The notes: generated by a model not told the origin, from the letters alone. A stretch of 64,000 nt of DNA from an uncultured Gaiellaceae bacterium (GCA_963738795.1 CAVTXQ010000010.1:358257-422256), one strand, 5' to 3'. Shown: positions 37,122 to 48,418, counted from the stretch's first letter. A program made the numbers and translations.

Positions 37122-38581
37122 GACGCCGGCTCCAGCAGCTCGGACTTGACGACCTTGTCGAGCGCGTTCCGCGGCAGCGACGCGACGAAGCGGACGCCCT
37201 TCGGCACCTTGTAGCGCGCGAGCCGGCCGCGGCAGTGCTCGAGCAGCTCCTCCTCGCTCGCCTCGCCGGCGAGGACGACGAACGCGAGGCACGCCTCGCC
37301 CCAGCGCTCGTCCGGAACGCCGACGACCGCCGCCTCCTTCACGGCCGGATGCTCGTGGAGCACGTTCTCGATCTCGGCTGGATAGACGTTCTCGCCGCCG
37401 GAGATGACCATGTCCTTCGTCCGGCCGACGATCCGGTAGTAGCCCTCCTCGTCGCGCGCGGCGACGTCGCCGGTGACGAGCCAGCCGTCGGCGAACGCGG
37501 CCTCGGTCGCCTCGGCGTTGCGCCAGTAGCCGGCGAAGACGTTCGGGCCGCGCACGAGCAGCTCGCCCTCGGCGCCGCCGTCGAGCAGACGCCCCGTCTC
37601 GGTGTCGCGCAGGGCGACGTCGACGTGCGGGTACGGCTTGCCGGCGAACCCGCGCTTGCGCGCCGCGTCCTCCGGCGGCAGGCAGAGCACGTTCGGCGCC
37701 GCCTCGGTCAGCCCGTAGCCCTGGACGATCTCGACGCCGCGCTCGTGCCAGGTCTCGAGCAGCGCCTCGGGCATCGGCGCGCCGCCCACGACCGCGCGGC
37801 GCAGCGTCCAGAGGTCGGCCGTCGCGAAGCCGGGAGCCTGCGCCATGAAGAGATACGTCGCGGGGACGCCCATCATCGTCGTCACGCCCTTCTCGGCGAT
37901 CAGGTCGAGCGCGCGCGCCGGGTCGAAGGCCGGCTCGAGCACGACCGTCGCGCCCTTCCACCAGGCGAGCAGCGGCTGCACGTTCCAGCCGCCGACGTGG
38001 AACTGCGGCAGCACCTGCAGCACCGTGTCCTCGGCACCGAGCCCGGCGACGCGGTCGAAGGAGAGGTTCGTCCAGAAGCAGTTCGCGTGCGTGAGCAGCG
38101 CGCCCTTCGGCTTCCCGGTCGTGCCGGACGTGTAGACGAGCAGGAGCCCGTCGTCGTCGCCCGGCTCGGGGAGGACTTTGTGTTTCTGAAACACAAGCTC
38201 CTCGAGCGCGGCAGTGCGCTCGTGCAGGCTCGCCGCGAGCTCGGCGTACTCGTCCGAGCAGAGGAGGACGGCCGGCTCGGCGTCCTCGAGCTGGTAGCGG
38301 AGCTCGGGCGCGGCGAGGCGCGTGTTCAGGGGCATCAGGATCAGTCCCGCCTTGGCGCAGGCGAAGAAGACGACGACGTGCTCGGCGCTCGCGGCCGTCA
38401 GCGTCGCGACGCGGTCGCCCGGCGACAGGCCGGCCGCGAGCAGGCCGGCGGCGAGCAGATCGGAGCGCTCGTCGAGCTCGGCGTAGGTGGTCTCGACGCC
38501 GAGGCAGTCGATCGCGACGCGCGCCGGGGTCGTCCGCGCCCGGTCTCGGATCCAGCGGTCCAGAGTCAGCTCGCCGCTCAC
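37118..38581 (-). CDS. AMP-dependent acyl-CoA synthetase/ligase
   Basis: 487-aa track ORF with AMP-binding motif LVYTSGTTGKPKGALLTH. Intact. Confidence 0.9.
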   Translation of the reverse strand: MSGELTLDRWIRDRARTTPARVAIDCLGVETTYAELDERSDLLAAGLLAAGLSPGDRVATLTAASAEHVVVFFACAKAGLILMPLNTRLAAPELRYQLEDAEPAVLLCSDEYAELAASLHERTAALEELVFQKHKVLPEPGDDDGLLLVYTSGTTGKPKGALLTHANCFWTNLSFDRVAGLGAEDTVLQVLPQFHVGGWNVQPLLAWWKGATVVLEPAFDPARALDLIAEKGVTTMMGVPATYLFMAQAPGFATADLWTLRRAVVGGAPMPEALLETWHERGVEIVQGYGLTEAAPNVLCLPPEDAARKRGFAGKPYPHVDVALRDTETGRLLDGGAEGELLVRGPNVFAGYWRNAEATEAAFADGWLVTGDVAARDEEGYYRIVGRTKDMVISGGENVYPAEIENVLHEHPAVKEAAVVGVPDERWGEACLAFVVLAGEASEEELLEHCRGRLARYKVPKGVRFVASLPRNALDKVVKSELLEPAS

Positions 38582-39318
38582 GACAGGTACTCCGTCACGA
38601 CTTCGACGAACCGGTCGGGCTGCTCCCAGAAGAAGAGGTGGCCGCCGCCGGGGAAGAGCTCGACGCGCGCGTCCGGGATCCGCAGCGCGAGCAGGGCCGT
38701 GTTCCGCGAGTCCACGACCGCATCTTCCGTCCCGTGGAGGACGAGCGTCGGCGCGGCGATCGCCTCGATCCGGTCGAGCGCGTCGAAGGTCGCGCCCGCG
38801 GCGGCCTGCGCGCTCCAGGCGTCGAACGGCTGCGCGGTCCGCTCGCGGTGGCGGAGGATCTGCTCGACGAGCTCGCCGTCGGCGTCCGGCGCAAGCGCGT
38901 TCTCGACGAACTGTCGCAGCGTCGCGCCGCTCGTCATCAGCGCGACGGTCTGCTCGGGCATCGGGAACGACTCGGGCCCGCCGGGCGTCGTCGAGACGAG
39001 GACGAGCCGGTCGACGCGCTCGGGCGCGGTCAGCGCGAGCTCCTGCGCGACCATGCCGCCGAGGCTCGTCCCGAGCACGTGTGCACGCTCGACCTCGGCC
39101 TCGTCGAGCACCTGCAGCGCGTCGGCGGCGAGCTCGGCCGCGGTGTACGGCCCCGGCGGCGCGTCGCTCTCGCCGATGCCGCGGTTGTCGAAGAGGAGCA
39201 CGTCGAACGACCGCGTGAGCGGCTCGACGACCGGCTCCCAGCCCCAGCGCGCGTAGCCGAGCCCGTGGATCAGGAGCAGCGGCGCTCCCTCCCCGTGCCG
39301 TTCCCAGGCGAGCTTCAC
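38578..39318 (-). CDS. alpha/beta hydrolase
   Basis: Frame of track ORF 38578..39822, starting at the GTG at 39318, which overlaps the permease stop. HGLGY oxyanion region and nucleophile elbow GTSLGG. Confidence 0.85.
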   Translation of the reverse strand: MKLAWERHGEGAPLLLIHGLGYARWGWEPVVEPLTRSFDVLLFDNRGIGESDAPPGPYTAAELAADALQVLDEAEVERAHVLGTSLGGMVAQELALTAPERVDRLVLVSTTPGGPESFPMPEQTVALMTSGATLRQFVENALAPDADGELVEQILRHRERTAQPFDAWSAQAAAGATFDALDRIEAIAAPTLVLHGTEDAVVDSRNTALLALRIPDARVELFPGGGHLFFWEQPDRFVEVVTEYLS

Positions 39319-40372
39319 GGCATCCCCTCGACCGACGGCATGCGCCGCATTCGCTTCACGCGCGGGCCGATGCTCGCGAGCCCACCGGGGACGAAGAAGA
39401 CGAGCAGGATGAAGAGCGTGCCGAGGATGAAGAGCGGCTCCGAGAGCGGCGTCGAGAGCACGGTGGGCAGATCGTCGACTCGCGACGAGCCGGCGAGCGT
39501 GCCGAGCCGCTGGTCGGCGAGTGTGTAGAGGAAGCCGCCGAGCAGCGCGCCGTAGCGCGTGCCGGCGCCGCCGATCACGACCATCACGAGCAGCGTCAGC
39601 GTGAAGCTCGCGGTCGTCACCTGCGGCGAGGCGCCGGTGCCGAGCACGAGCAGCCAGACGACGCCGCCGGCCGTGGCGAGGAACGAGGCGAGCACGAACG
39701 CGAGCAGCTTGAAGCGGAAGGGCTGCAGCCCGATCACCTCGACGCGCCGCTCGTTCTCGCGGATCGCCTGCCAGCACGTGGCCCGGCGAGCTGTTCACCG
39801 CCCAGCGGACGATCAGGAACACGACCGCCGCGTAGCCGAGCGCGAGCCAGTAGAGGTGCTTCGTGTTGAGGACGCCGACGAGCGCAGTCGGGGATCGACT
39901 CGAAGTTGAGCCCGAGCCCTTCCTCGCCGCCGGTGAGCCCGTCCGGGTTCTTCTGCACCAGCACCTGGCCGGCCTGCGCGAACGCGAGCGTCACCATCGC
40001 GAACGCGATCCCGCCGACGCGGAGGCTGATCGCGCCGAGCACGAGCGGGACGAGGATCCCGACGACCGCGACGACGAGCAGCGCCTGGGCGAACCCCCAC
40101 TCCCACTTCGTCAGCGCGATCGTCGTCAGGTAGACGCCGACCGCGAAGTAGAGCGCGTGCCCGAACGAGAGCAGGCCGGTGAAGCCGAAGAGGAGGTCGT
40201 AGGTGAGCGCGACACCGGCGAACGTGAGGCAGAGCGCGAGCAGGCCGAGCGTGCCGGGGCTGTCGAGCGGGCCGCCGAAGAGCACCGGCAGGTCGAGCGA
40301 GAGCAGCGGCACGACGGCGAACACCGCCAGCAACGACGACCGGGATGACGATGTTGCGACGCGCCGGCTCAA
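39315..40372 (-). CDS. branched-chain amino acid-type ABC transporter permease (LivM-like); two frame breaks (about 39771 and 39886)
   Basis: TTG start at 40372. The segments lie in the frames of 39734..42799, 38578..39822 and 39315..39737. Removing one base at 39771 restores [20 protein letters not shown], the conserved LivM motif. Confidence 0.8.
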
Positions 40373-41251
40373 TGCGCCACCTTCGGCGCGAGCCCTTCCG
40401 GCTTCAACAGCAGCACGATCGCGAGCAGGAGCACGACGGCGAGGTCGCCGAGCCCGCTCGAGGCGTAGTAGTTCGCGTACTGCTGGATCAGGCCGACCGC
40501 GACGGCGGCGACTGCGGTGCCGCCGATCGAGCCGAAGCCGCCGATGACGACGACGATGAAGGCGAAGATCAGGAGCGAGGTGCCGCGGCTCGGGTCGACG
40601 ACGCCGTAGTAGACGCCCGAGAGGACGCCCGCGAGCGCGGCGAGGGCACCGCCGATCGCGAAGACGAGCGTGAACGCCTTGCGCACGTCGATCCCGAGCG
40701 CCGTCACCATCGCGCGGTTCTCGACGCCGGCGCGGATGATCAGGCCGTAGCGGGTGAAGCGGAGGAACGCGTTCAGGCCGACGAGGACGAGCGCGGCGGC
40801 AGCGATCTCGACGAAGCGGTCGTTCGGGATCGAGGCGCCGAGGATCGAGGTCGTGTCGATCATCCAGCTCGGGACGGGAAACGGCCGCGCGTCGAAGCCC
40901 CAGATCGCCTCGACGAGCGCGGTGAGCGCGAGCGCCAGCCCGACGGTGACGAGCACCTGCTCGACTGGGCGGCGGTAGAGCGGCCGGATCAGGACGAGCT
41001 CGATCAGCGCGGCCAGCACCGCGCCGACGGCGAGCCCGGCGACCGCGCCGACGAGCAGCTTCGTCCCCGGCGCTGCCGTCGACCTTCGTCGACGTCCACC
41101 AGGTCGCGTAGGCGCCGACCGTCAGCAGAGCGCCGTGCGCGAAGTTGAGCACGCCCATCAGGCCGTAGATCAGCGAGAGCCCGGACGCGATCAGGAAGTA
41201 CATCGCCCCGAGCCCGAGCCCGGTGATCGTGAGCAGGACGAAGGTGCTCAA
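40369..41251 (-). CDS. branched-chain amino acid-type ABC transporter permease (LivH-like); frame broken near 41068
   Basis: TTG start at 41251. The N-terminus [29 protein letters not shown] (frame of 39734..42799) joins track ORF 40369..41019. Confidence 0.8.
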
Positions 41252-41950
41252 TGCCCACCTCCGGCGACACCGAGGAGCGAGCGCACCTTCTCGGGGTCGC
41301 CGAGCAGCTCGGCGGCCGGACCGGCGTGGACGACCGTGCCCATGTCGAGCACGACGACCTGCTGCGCCACGCGCGCGACGACGGCGAGGTTCTGCTCGAC
41401 GAGCAGCACCGTCGTCAGCTCGGCCGCGCGCTCGAGTGCGGCGGCGACCTCGGTCACGAGCAGCGGCGCCAGCCCCTTCGTCGGCTCGTCGACGAGCAGG
41501 ACCGGGTTGTCGTTCAGGAGCGCCCGCGCGATCGCGACCATCTGCTGCTGGCCGCCGGAGAGCGTCCCGGCCTTCTGCGCGCCGCGCGATCTTCAGCTCC
41601 GGGAACAGCTCGTAGACGAGCTCGTAGCGCGGCTTCCCGTCGCGCTCGGCGAGCCGCAGGTTCTCGTCGACCGAGAGCCCGGCGAAGACGTCGCGGTCCT
41701 CGGGCACGTAGCCGACGCCGCGCCGCACGATCGCGTGCGTCTGCAGCCTCGTCAGCTCCTCGCCGGCGAGTGCGACGGTCCCGCGGCGCGGCACGAGGCC
41801 CATCATCGCGCGCAGCGTCGTCGTCTTCCCGACGCCGTTCCGGCCGAGCAGCGCCGTGACGCCGCCCTCCGGCACCTCGAACGAGACACCCTGGAGCACG
41901 TGCGACTCGCCCAGGTTGACGTGCAGGTCGTGGACGCGGATCAGCGGCAC
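41248..41950 (-). CDS. ABC transporter ATP-binding protein (LivF-like); frame broken near 41579
   Basis: GTG at 41950. Walker [10 protein letters not shown] (frame of 39734..42799) joins [16 protein letters not shown]... (track ORF 41248..41541). Confidence 0.8.
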
Positions 41951-42712
41951 TAGAGCGGCTCTCCGAGGTAGGCGGTCTGGACGGTCTCGTTCGCCATCAC
42001 CGCGGCCGGCTCGTCGAACGCGAGCAGCGCGCCGTGGTGCATGACGGCGATCCGCTCGGCGAGCCCGATCACGACCTCCATCCGGTGCTCGACGATCAGC
42101 ACCGTCTTCCCTTCCTCGCGGTGCACCGAGCGGATCAGCTCGACGAGCTCGTCGACGTCCTCGGCCGAGACGCCGGCCATCGGCTCGTCGAGGAGGATCA
42201 CGTCGGGACGGCTCGCGAGCAGCATCGCCAGCTCGAGCTTGCGCTTGTCGCCGTGCGAGAGCAGGCCCGCGGGCCAGAGCATGCGCGCGCCGAGCCCGAC
42301 CCGGACGAGCGCGTCGTTCGCCCGCTCGAGCGCCTCGCGGACCGAGGCGGCGCGCCGCCAGATCCGGAGCGAGCCGCCGAGCTCCGCCTCCGCAGCGAGG
42401 CGGACGTTCTCGTGCACGGTCAGCAGCGGGAAGACGCTCGAGACCTGGAACGTGCGGCCGAGACCCGGCACGGGCACGCCGGTACGGCGGCTCACCGGTG
42501 ATGTCCCGGCCGTGCAGCTCGACGCTCCCCGCGGTCGGGCGCAGCAGCCCCGAGAGCAGGTTGAAGAGCGTCGTCTTGCCGGCGCCGTTCGGCCCGATGA
42601 TGCCCACGAGCTCGCCCGCGCGGACCTCGAGCGAGACATCGGCGACGATCTTGGCGCCGCCGATGTCGAGCCCGAGATTGCGCGTGGCGAGGATCGGGGT
42701 GGAGGTGGCCAC
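41950..42712 (-). CDS. ABC transporter ATP-binding protein (LivG-like); frame broken near 42463
   Basis: GTG at 42712. Walker [10 protein letters not shown] (frame of 39734..42799) joins [10 protein letters not shown]...[10 protein letters not shown]... (track ORF 41950..42639). Confidence 0.8.
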
Positions 42713-42732
42713 GATCCCCTTGGGAGCCGTCG

Positions 42733-43941
42733 CTAGCTGCGCGGCTCCGGCGGGGCGACGAACTGCCCCTTGATCCGGGAAACGATCCTCGGCGCCCACT
42801 TCCCGTTCGCCTGCTTGACCAGCTTCACCTGGAACATCGGCTGGATCATCGCGTGGTCGGACTTGCGGATCGTCTGCTGGCCCTTCGGGCCGACGAAGCT
42901 CCAGCCCTCGAGCGCGGCGATCATCCGGTCGACGTTGTCGCCCTTCGCGCCCGTCAGCGCCTGCACGATCATCTGGCCGGCGACGAAGCCGTCCGGCGTG
43001 AACAGGTCGGGCACCTGGCCGCGCTTCCGCATCGAGTTGACGAGGAAGTCGTTCACCTTGTTCTTCGGCGCCGTGTGGACGTAGTGCGAGAGGAAGTCGA
43101 TCTTCGCGGCGACGTCACCGAACGTCGACCAGGTCGCGCGCTCGGCGAGGCCGGTGGTGATCTTGTTCGAGACGCCGAACGCCCCCTGCTGCTCGAGCGC
43201 ACGCCACATCGCCGGCGCGGTCGTGCCGGCCCAGGCGACGAAGAGCAGATCCGGGTTCGCCTGTTTCACCTGCTGCGCGAACGGCGTGAAGTCCTGCGCC
43301 GAGAGCGGCACCAGCATCCGGCCGACGGTGTGGCCCTGCGAGCCGACGATCGAGTTGACCGCCGTGTAGTTACCGGCGCCGAACGCCGAGTCCTGCGCGA
43401 AGACGGTCACCTTCTTGCCGATCCCCTTCAGGAAGGTCGCCGCGGTCTTGACGTCCTGGTAGGTCTGGCGGCCGGAGCGGAACGTGTACTTGTTGATCCC
43501 GGTGACCGCGTCCGTCGCGGCCGGGCCGGAGATGAAGAGCACCTGGTTCTGGGCCGCGAGCGGCGCCATCTGGAGCGCGACGCCCGAGGAGACGCTGCCG
43601 GCGAGGATCTTGTACCCCTTGCCGATCAGGTCGCGCCCGGCGGCGACGGCCTTCGTCGGATCGGTGCCGTCGTCGACGATCGTCAGCTCGATCGGGCGGC
43701 CGTTCACCTTCATCGTGCCCTTGGTCGCGTACGCGAGCCCGTACCGCAGCCCCTGGATGTACTCGGCGCCGTACGCGGCCAGGAGGCCGGTGCGCGAGTA
43801 GACGATCCCGACCTTGTACGCCGCCGCGGCGGTCGCGCCGTCGCCGGCGTCCGTGCGGGCCTGCGCCCCGCCTGCGAACGCCGCGAGGAGCGTCGTTACC
43901 GCCGCGAGTGTCGCGACGCCACGCCAATGCCGTGCCTGCAT
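42733..43941 (-). CDS. ABC transporter substrate-binding protein (LivK/type I periplasmic binding fold)
   Basis: 402-aa intact track ORF with a signal peptide. It is the first gene of the operon. Confidence 0.9.
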   Translation of the reverse strand: MQARHWRGVATLAAVTTLLAAFAGGAQARTDAGDGATAAAAYKVGIVYSRTGLLAAYGAEYIQGLRYGLAYATKGTMKVNGRPIELTIVDDGTDPTKAVAAGRDLIGKGYKILAGSVSSGVALQMAPLAAQNQVLFISGPAATDAVTGINKYTFRSGRQTYQDVKTAATFLKGIGKKVTVFAQDSAFGAGNYTAVNSIVGSQGHTVGRMLVPLSAQDFTPFAQQVKQANPDLLFVAWAGTTAPAMWRALEQQGAFGVSNKITTGLAERATWSTFGDVAAKIDFLSHYVHTAPKNKVNDFLVNSMRKRGQVPDLFTPDGFVAGQMIVQALTGAKGDNVDRMIAALEGWSFVGPKGQQTIRKSDHAMIQPMFQVKLVKQANGKWAPRIVSRIKGQFVAPPEPRS

Positions 43942-43972
43942 CTCCCTGACCTCCGTGAGAATCGTGACGAGA

Positions 43973-43992
43973 ACCTGAGACCTGATTCAGGT
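43973..43992. promoter_or_regulatory. palindrome ACCTGA-N8-TCAGGT upstream of the transporter operon (candidate operator)
   Basis: acctgagacctgattcaggt lies 32 nt upstream of the livK-like start, in a locally AT-richer spacer. A TetR gene sits inside the operon. Confidence 0.25.
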
Positions 43993-44187
43993 GTAACTTA
44001 CGCTCGCCCCTCGCGGTGTGTCAAGGTCTGGTGAAGGGCACTCCCTGGCGTTCCTGGCGTGCCGCTCGCGGTGCGTAGGCCGGTGGAACAGTACGGACGT
44101 ACGGGCCGCCGGACGGAGCGCCGCGAGCGGCACGAGGCTGCGCCGGAGGCCGGCTCCGCCGGCCGGGAGGCGCAGCCGGCCAGGGCG

Positions 44188-45696
44188 TCAGGCGCCGAGC
44201 TCGTGCAGCAGCGGCGCCGTGTCGAACGGCTCGTAGCCGATCCGCGCGGCGATCTCCTCGCTCGTCGGCTTCGTTCCCTCGCGCCAGAGCGCGCGCAGAC
44301 GCTCGCCCGTCTCGGGGCGCCGCCACCAGTCCTCGCCGACCTCTCGGACGAGGTGCTGCCGCAGCTGCGCGGAGCGGATCCAGGCACGCAGGTAGTCGGC
44401 CGAGTAGAAGCCCGAGTCCATGTCGGAGAGGTAGTTCTCGGCCGGGTAGCGGATCCCGGTCGCCTCGGTCAGGCGCTCGGAGTAGCCCGCCGGCGTGCCG
44501 CCGTCCTCGCCGTAGCGGCCCCAGAAGTCGAGCTCGAAGCGCAGCTTCGCGGCGTAGCGGCGGAAGAGGAGCGCCTCGAGGAAGACGGTCGCCTCGGCGT
44601 TCTCGGCTGCCTGCTCGTCCGAGAGGTCGAAGTGGTGCGCGTGCCAGGCCGGCTCACGCGAGATCGCCTCGACGATGTACGAGTAGATCTCGGTCAGCGC
44701 GTGGTCGCGCGAGAGCTTGCGGAAGGTGTACGGCAGCCCGGGATCGACGCTGGCGTAGTGGAGCGCGTGCCCGGCCTCGTGCAGGAACGCCTGGTAGTCG
44801 TGCAGCCCGCCCTGGGCGCGCGTGATCAGGTGGACGACGTTCGGCGGGTCGGAGGCGATCACGCAGGCGCGCGGCGACTTTTGCGGCCGGTCGTCGAGGT
44901 CGAGCCGGATCCCCGGCATCTCGTCCATGTTCAGCCCGATCGCGTTCAGCGTCGCGACGCAGACCTCGACGGCGCGCTCCTTCGTGTACGTCTGCTCGAG
45001 CGGCGAGAGCCGGCGCAGGTAGCTCGTGTGGTTCGAGGTCGGGACGTCCTCGCGCTCGGGGCCGAGCAGCGTGTCGAACCAGCGCTGCCGCATCCGGTCG
45101 TAGACGCCGGCGGAGGCGCGGGCGGCCGCGGCGAGCGCCCGCTCGAGCTCCTCCAGCGAGATTCCCTTCTCCTCGCCGTTGCGCGCGATCGCGTCGGGCT
45201 CACCGGACAGCTCGGCCTCGAGCGTCTCCCCGGCGGCGAGCAGGTCGCGCCGGTCGTCGTTGAAGGTCGCGCTGACCGCGTTCGCGAGCGACCCGAGCTC
45301 GTCGCGGTCGCGGTAGGCGGCCAGGACGGCGAGCTTCGCCTGCGCGGTCCGCAGCGGCAGCTCCTCGCCCTTCCAGTCGACGCGGGCGGCCAGGATCCGG
45401 TTCTCGAGCTCGTCCTCGCGCGCGGCGAGCTCACCGGCGACGATCCCGGCCTCGCAGGTCTTGCGGAGCCGGTAGAGCAGCTCGCGCTCGTCGCCGTCGG
45501 CGGCGTCCTCGGCCTCGCGGAGGACGTCGAGCTGCCCGTGCGAGAAGAGATCGCTGTAGCGCTCGACGATCGCCGCCTGCTCCGAGGTCTCCTTCTCCCC
45601 GACGCGCACGGCGCGGCCTTCCTCGGAGCGCTCGAAGAGGTAGCGCGCCAGGCGCTCCTCGTACTCGACCGGCGTCCTCACCCCCGTCACGCTCAC
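44188..45696 (-). CDS. pepF: M3-family oligoendopeptidase (PepF-like)
   Basis: Frame of track ORF 44188..46173, starting at the GTG at 45696 (a GTG at 45690 is possible). Zinc motif HEAGHALH. 502 aa. Confidence 0.8.
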   Translation of the reverse strand: MSVTGVRTPVEYEERLARYLFERSEEGRAVRVGEKETSEQAAIVERYSDLFSHGQLDVLREAEDAADGDERELLYRLRKTCEAGIVAGELAAREDELENRILAARVDWKGEELPLRTAQAKLAVLAAYRDRDELGSLANAVSATFNDDRRDLLAAGETLEAELSGEPDAIARNGEEKGISLEELERALAAAARASAGVYDRMRQRWFDTLLGPEREDVPTSNHTSYLRRLSPLEQTYTKERAVEVCVATLNAIGLNMDEMPGIRLDLDDRPQKSPRACVIASDPPNVVHLITRAQGGLHDYQAFLHEAGHALHYASVDPGLPYTFRKLSRDHALTEIYSYIVEAISREPAWHAHHFDLSDEQAAENAEATVFLEALLFRRYAAKLRFELDFWGRYGEDGGTPAGYSERLTEATGIRYPAENYLSDMDSGFYSADYLRAWIRSAQLRQHLVREVGEDWWRRPETGERLRALWREGTKPTSEEIAARIGYEPFDTAPLLHELGA

Positions 45697-45707
45697 GTGG
45701 GCCGAGA

Positions 45708-46082
45708 CTACCGGACGAGCGTGCCGGTGACTGCGGCCGCGAGGCGCTTCAGGTCGAACGGCTTCCCGAGCACCGAGTCGACGCGCGCCCGCAGCGCCGG
45801 GCCGACCTCGCTCGTCCCCGACAGGAGGACGACGCGTGTCTGCAGTTCCTGGGCGGCGATCTCGTCGAGCAGCTCGAGGCCGTCGTCGGCGCCGACGTGG
45901 ACGTCGAGCAGGATCACGTCCGGTGTCGCCCGCTCGAGCTCGCGCCTGGCCTCGGCGAGGCTGCCCGCCTCGCGGACGCGATGACCGTCCAGCTCGAGGT
46001 TGACGCGGCAGAGCAGACGGAGGGAATGCTCGTCGTCGACGACGAGCACGTCCTTGACGTCCGGCCCCCCTTGAACGCCCAT
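45708..46082 (-). CDS. single-domain response regulator (receiver only)
   Basis: Track ORF 45708..46124, trimmed to the ATG at 46082. VLVVDDE...DVILLDVHVG...GKPF are receiver-domain landmarks. No output domain. Confidence 0.75.
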   Translation of the reverse strand: MGVQGGPDVKDVLVVDDEHSLRLLCRVNLELDGHRVREAGSLAEARRELERATPDVILLDVHVGADDGLELLDEIAAQELQTRVVLLSGTSEVGPALRARVDSVLGKPFDLKRLAAAVTGTLVR

Positions 46083-46285
46083 CAGGCCGCGCACTGTACC
46101 CGCTTGCGTACCGCACCAGGGCAAAATCCCGTTTACCCATTACAAATGGGAAGCACGGGGCACTCCGAAGCATGAGAGGGCGATGAAGGACAAGGCCGAA
46201 CGCAATTTCCTGCCGACGCCGAGCGCGAGCTACCGGCGCCGGGCGTGGATCCAGTTCCAGCGGGCGCTCGACCCGCTGGCGCCGA

Positions 46286-47547
46286 TCAAGCCGCTGCCGC
46301 CGCCGCGGCCTTGAGCCGGGCGAGCGACTCGTCGCGGCCGAGCAGCTCCAGGCTCTCGTAGAGGCCGGGCGAGATCTTCGATCCGGTCACGGCGACGCGG
46401 ATCGGCTGGAACGCCTGCCGTGGCTTCAGGCCGAGGCTCTCCGTCACCTGCTTGAGCGTGGTCTCGAGCGGCTCCGCCTGCCACGGCTCGACCTGCTCGA
46501 GTGCGGTCGCCGTCGCGGTCAGGACGTCGCGGTCGAGAAGCGCCGGGTCCGGCTCGACGTCGTGGAAGAGGAAGCCGGCGAACTCGGGGAACTCCCCCAG
46601 CTTCGCGATCTTCTCCTGCACGAGCGGCGCGGCCGCGGCGATCCGCTCCTGCCGGCCAGTCGTGGCCCTGCTCGCGGAGGAAGGTTGTGAGTGCCTCGGC
46701 GTAGTCGCCGGATGAGAGCTCGCGGAGGTAGACGCCGTTCATCCAGTCGAGCTTCGCGTAGTCGAACGTCGCCGGGCTGGCGCCGACCCGCTCGAGCGAG
46801 AACCGCTCGATCAGCTCGTCCCTGCGACATGATCGTCGTCTCGCCGTCGGGCGCCCAGCCGAGCAGCGCGAGGAAGTTCATCAGCGCCGGCGCGACGTAG
46901 CCGGCCTCGCGGAACTCGTCGACCGAGACGGCGCCGTGCCGCTTCGAGAGCTTCTTCCCGTCCTCGCCGAAGACGTTCGGCACGTGCGCGTAGATCGGGA
47001 TCTCGGAGCCGAGCGCCTGCAGGATCTGGATCTGCTTCGGCGTGTTCGAGACGTGGTCGTCGCCGCGGATCACGTGCGTGATCCCGTCGAGCCAGTCCTC
47101 GACCGGCGAGGCGAAGTTGTAGGTCGGCCGCCCGTCGGAGCGGACGAGGACGAGATCCTCGAGCTGCTCGCTCGGGAACTCGATCCGCCCCTTGACCGCG
47201 TCGTCCCAGCCGGTCGTGCCCTCGTCGGGCATGCGGAAGCGGATCGCACCCTCGTCCTCGTAGGCCTTGCCGTCCGCGACGAGCCGCCGCGCCTCCTCGC
47301 CGCAGCGCTCGAGCCGGTCGAGCTGGAAGGTGACGTCACCGTCCCAGTCGATCCCGAGCCAGCGCAGCGACGACTGGATCTGCTCGACCGACTCCGCCAC
47401 CTCGCGGCTCGTGTCGGTGTTCTCGATCCGGAGCAGGCACTCGCCGCCCTGCCCGCGCGCGAAGAGCCAGTTGAAGAGAAAGGTGCGGACGCCGCCGATG
47501 TGGAGGAAGCCGGTGGGGCTCGGAGCCATGCGGACGCGGACGGACAT
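46286..47547 (-). CDS. gltX: glutamate--tRNA ligase; two frame breaks (about 46823 and 46650)
   Basis: ATG at 47547. MSVRVRMAPSPTGFLHIGG (HIGH motif) and KLSKRHG (KMSKS motif) lie in track ORF 46519..47586. Deleting the single t at 46823 restores IMSRDELIERFSLERV. The C-terminus is in the frames of 46230..46742 and 46286..46621. Confidence 0.85.
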
Positions 47548-47568
47548 CGGGCTGGCTAGGTTACCCGG

Positions 47569-48418
47569 GTGCTCTACGGCGCCCACTGCTCAGGCGGCAT
47601 CAAGGGCGCGCTCGACCGGGCGGTCGAGATCGGGGCCGACGCCGTGCAGCTGTTCGCGCAGAGCCCGCGCGCCTGGCGTTTTCCCGAGCACGCGGAGGAG
47701 GATCTGGCGAGCTTCCGGGAGCGCCGCGCGGAGGCGGGGATCGGGTCGGTGCTCGTGCACGCGCTCTACCTCTGCAATCTCGCGACGCCCGACGAGGTGG
47801 TCTACGGCAAGAGCCTCGAGACGATGGTCTCGACCGTCGACGCCGCCTGCGCGATCGAGGCGGACGGCGTCGTCTTCCACGTCGGCTCGCACCTCGGCAC
47901 GGGCTTCGAGGCCGGGCTCGAGCGCTGCGTGCCGGCACTGCGCGGAGGTGCTCGAGCACTGCTCCGACACGACGTGGCTCCTGCTCGAGAACTCCGCCGG
48001 CGCCGGCGGCACGGTCGGCCGCTCGATCGAGGAGCTGGCCGCGATCGTCGACGCGCTCGACGGCCACGAGCGGCTCGGCATCTGCCTCGACTCCTGCCAC
48101 CTCTACGTCTCCGGCGTCGACGTCGGCGAGCCGAAGACGATGACGGCGACGCTGAAGGAGGTGAAGACGCGAATCGGACTCGACCGGCTCCGCGCGCTGC
48201 ACGTCAACGACGCCGCCGCGCCGCTCGGCTCGAACCGCGACCGGCACGCGAACGTGCTCGAGGGCGAGCTCGGCGAGCGGATGGGCGCCTTCCTCGCCCC
48301 GCGAGCGCTCCAGAAGCTGCCGGCGGTGATGGAGACCCCGGGCCCGGACGACCACGGCCCAGACGCCGCCGAGGTGCAGAAGCTTCGCGACCTGCACGCC
48401 CGCTGGACGAAGCGGTAG
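47569..48418 (+). CDS. nfo: deoxyribonuclease IV (endonuclease IV); frame broken near 47941
   Basis: GTG at 47569 (LYGAHCSGGIKGALDRAVEIGADAVQLF...) joins the frame of 47267..48418 (...LLENSAGAGGTVG...CLDSCHLYVSG...HVND...). Confidence 0.8.

Noticed and set aside
39734-42799. Very long track ORFs (39734..42799 at 1021 aa, 13804..16557 at 917 aa, 49635..52346 at 903 aa, 10750..12936 at 728 aa, 37103..39256 at 717 aa) that could be taken for large novel proteins.
   Set aside because: - They are antisense or out-of-frame read-through typical of 70% GC DNA, with long Arg/Ala/Pro/Gly runs.
- Where parts look real, they are segments of several adjacent ordinary genes (livG/F/H/M; SIS; serine hydrolase) fused by the lack of stop codons and by frame breaks.
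46286-47547. Programmed ribosomal frameshifting or genuine pseudogenisation as the explanation for the frame breaks.
   Set aside because: - The breaks occur in about 23 unrelated genes.
- They lack shared slippery heptamers or downstream structures.
- They go in both +1 and -1 directions.
- They hit the essential single-copy gltX twice. Random indel error is the simpler explanation, but reads are needed to prove it.
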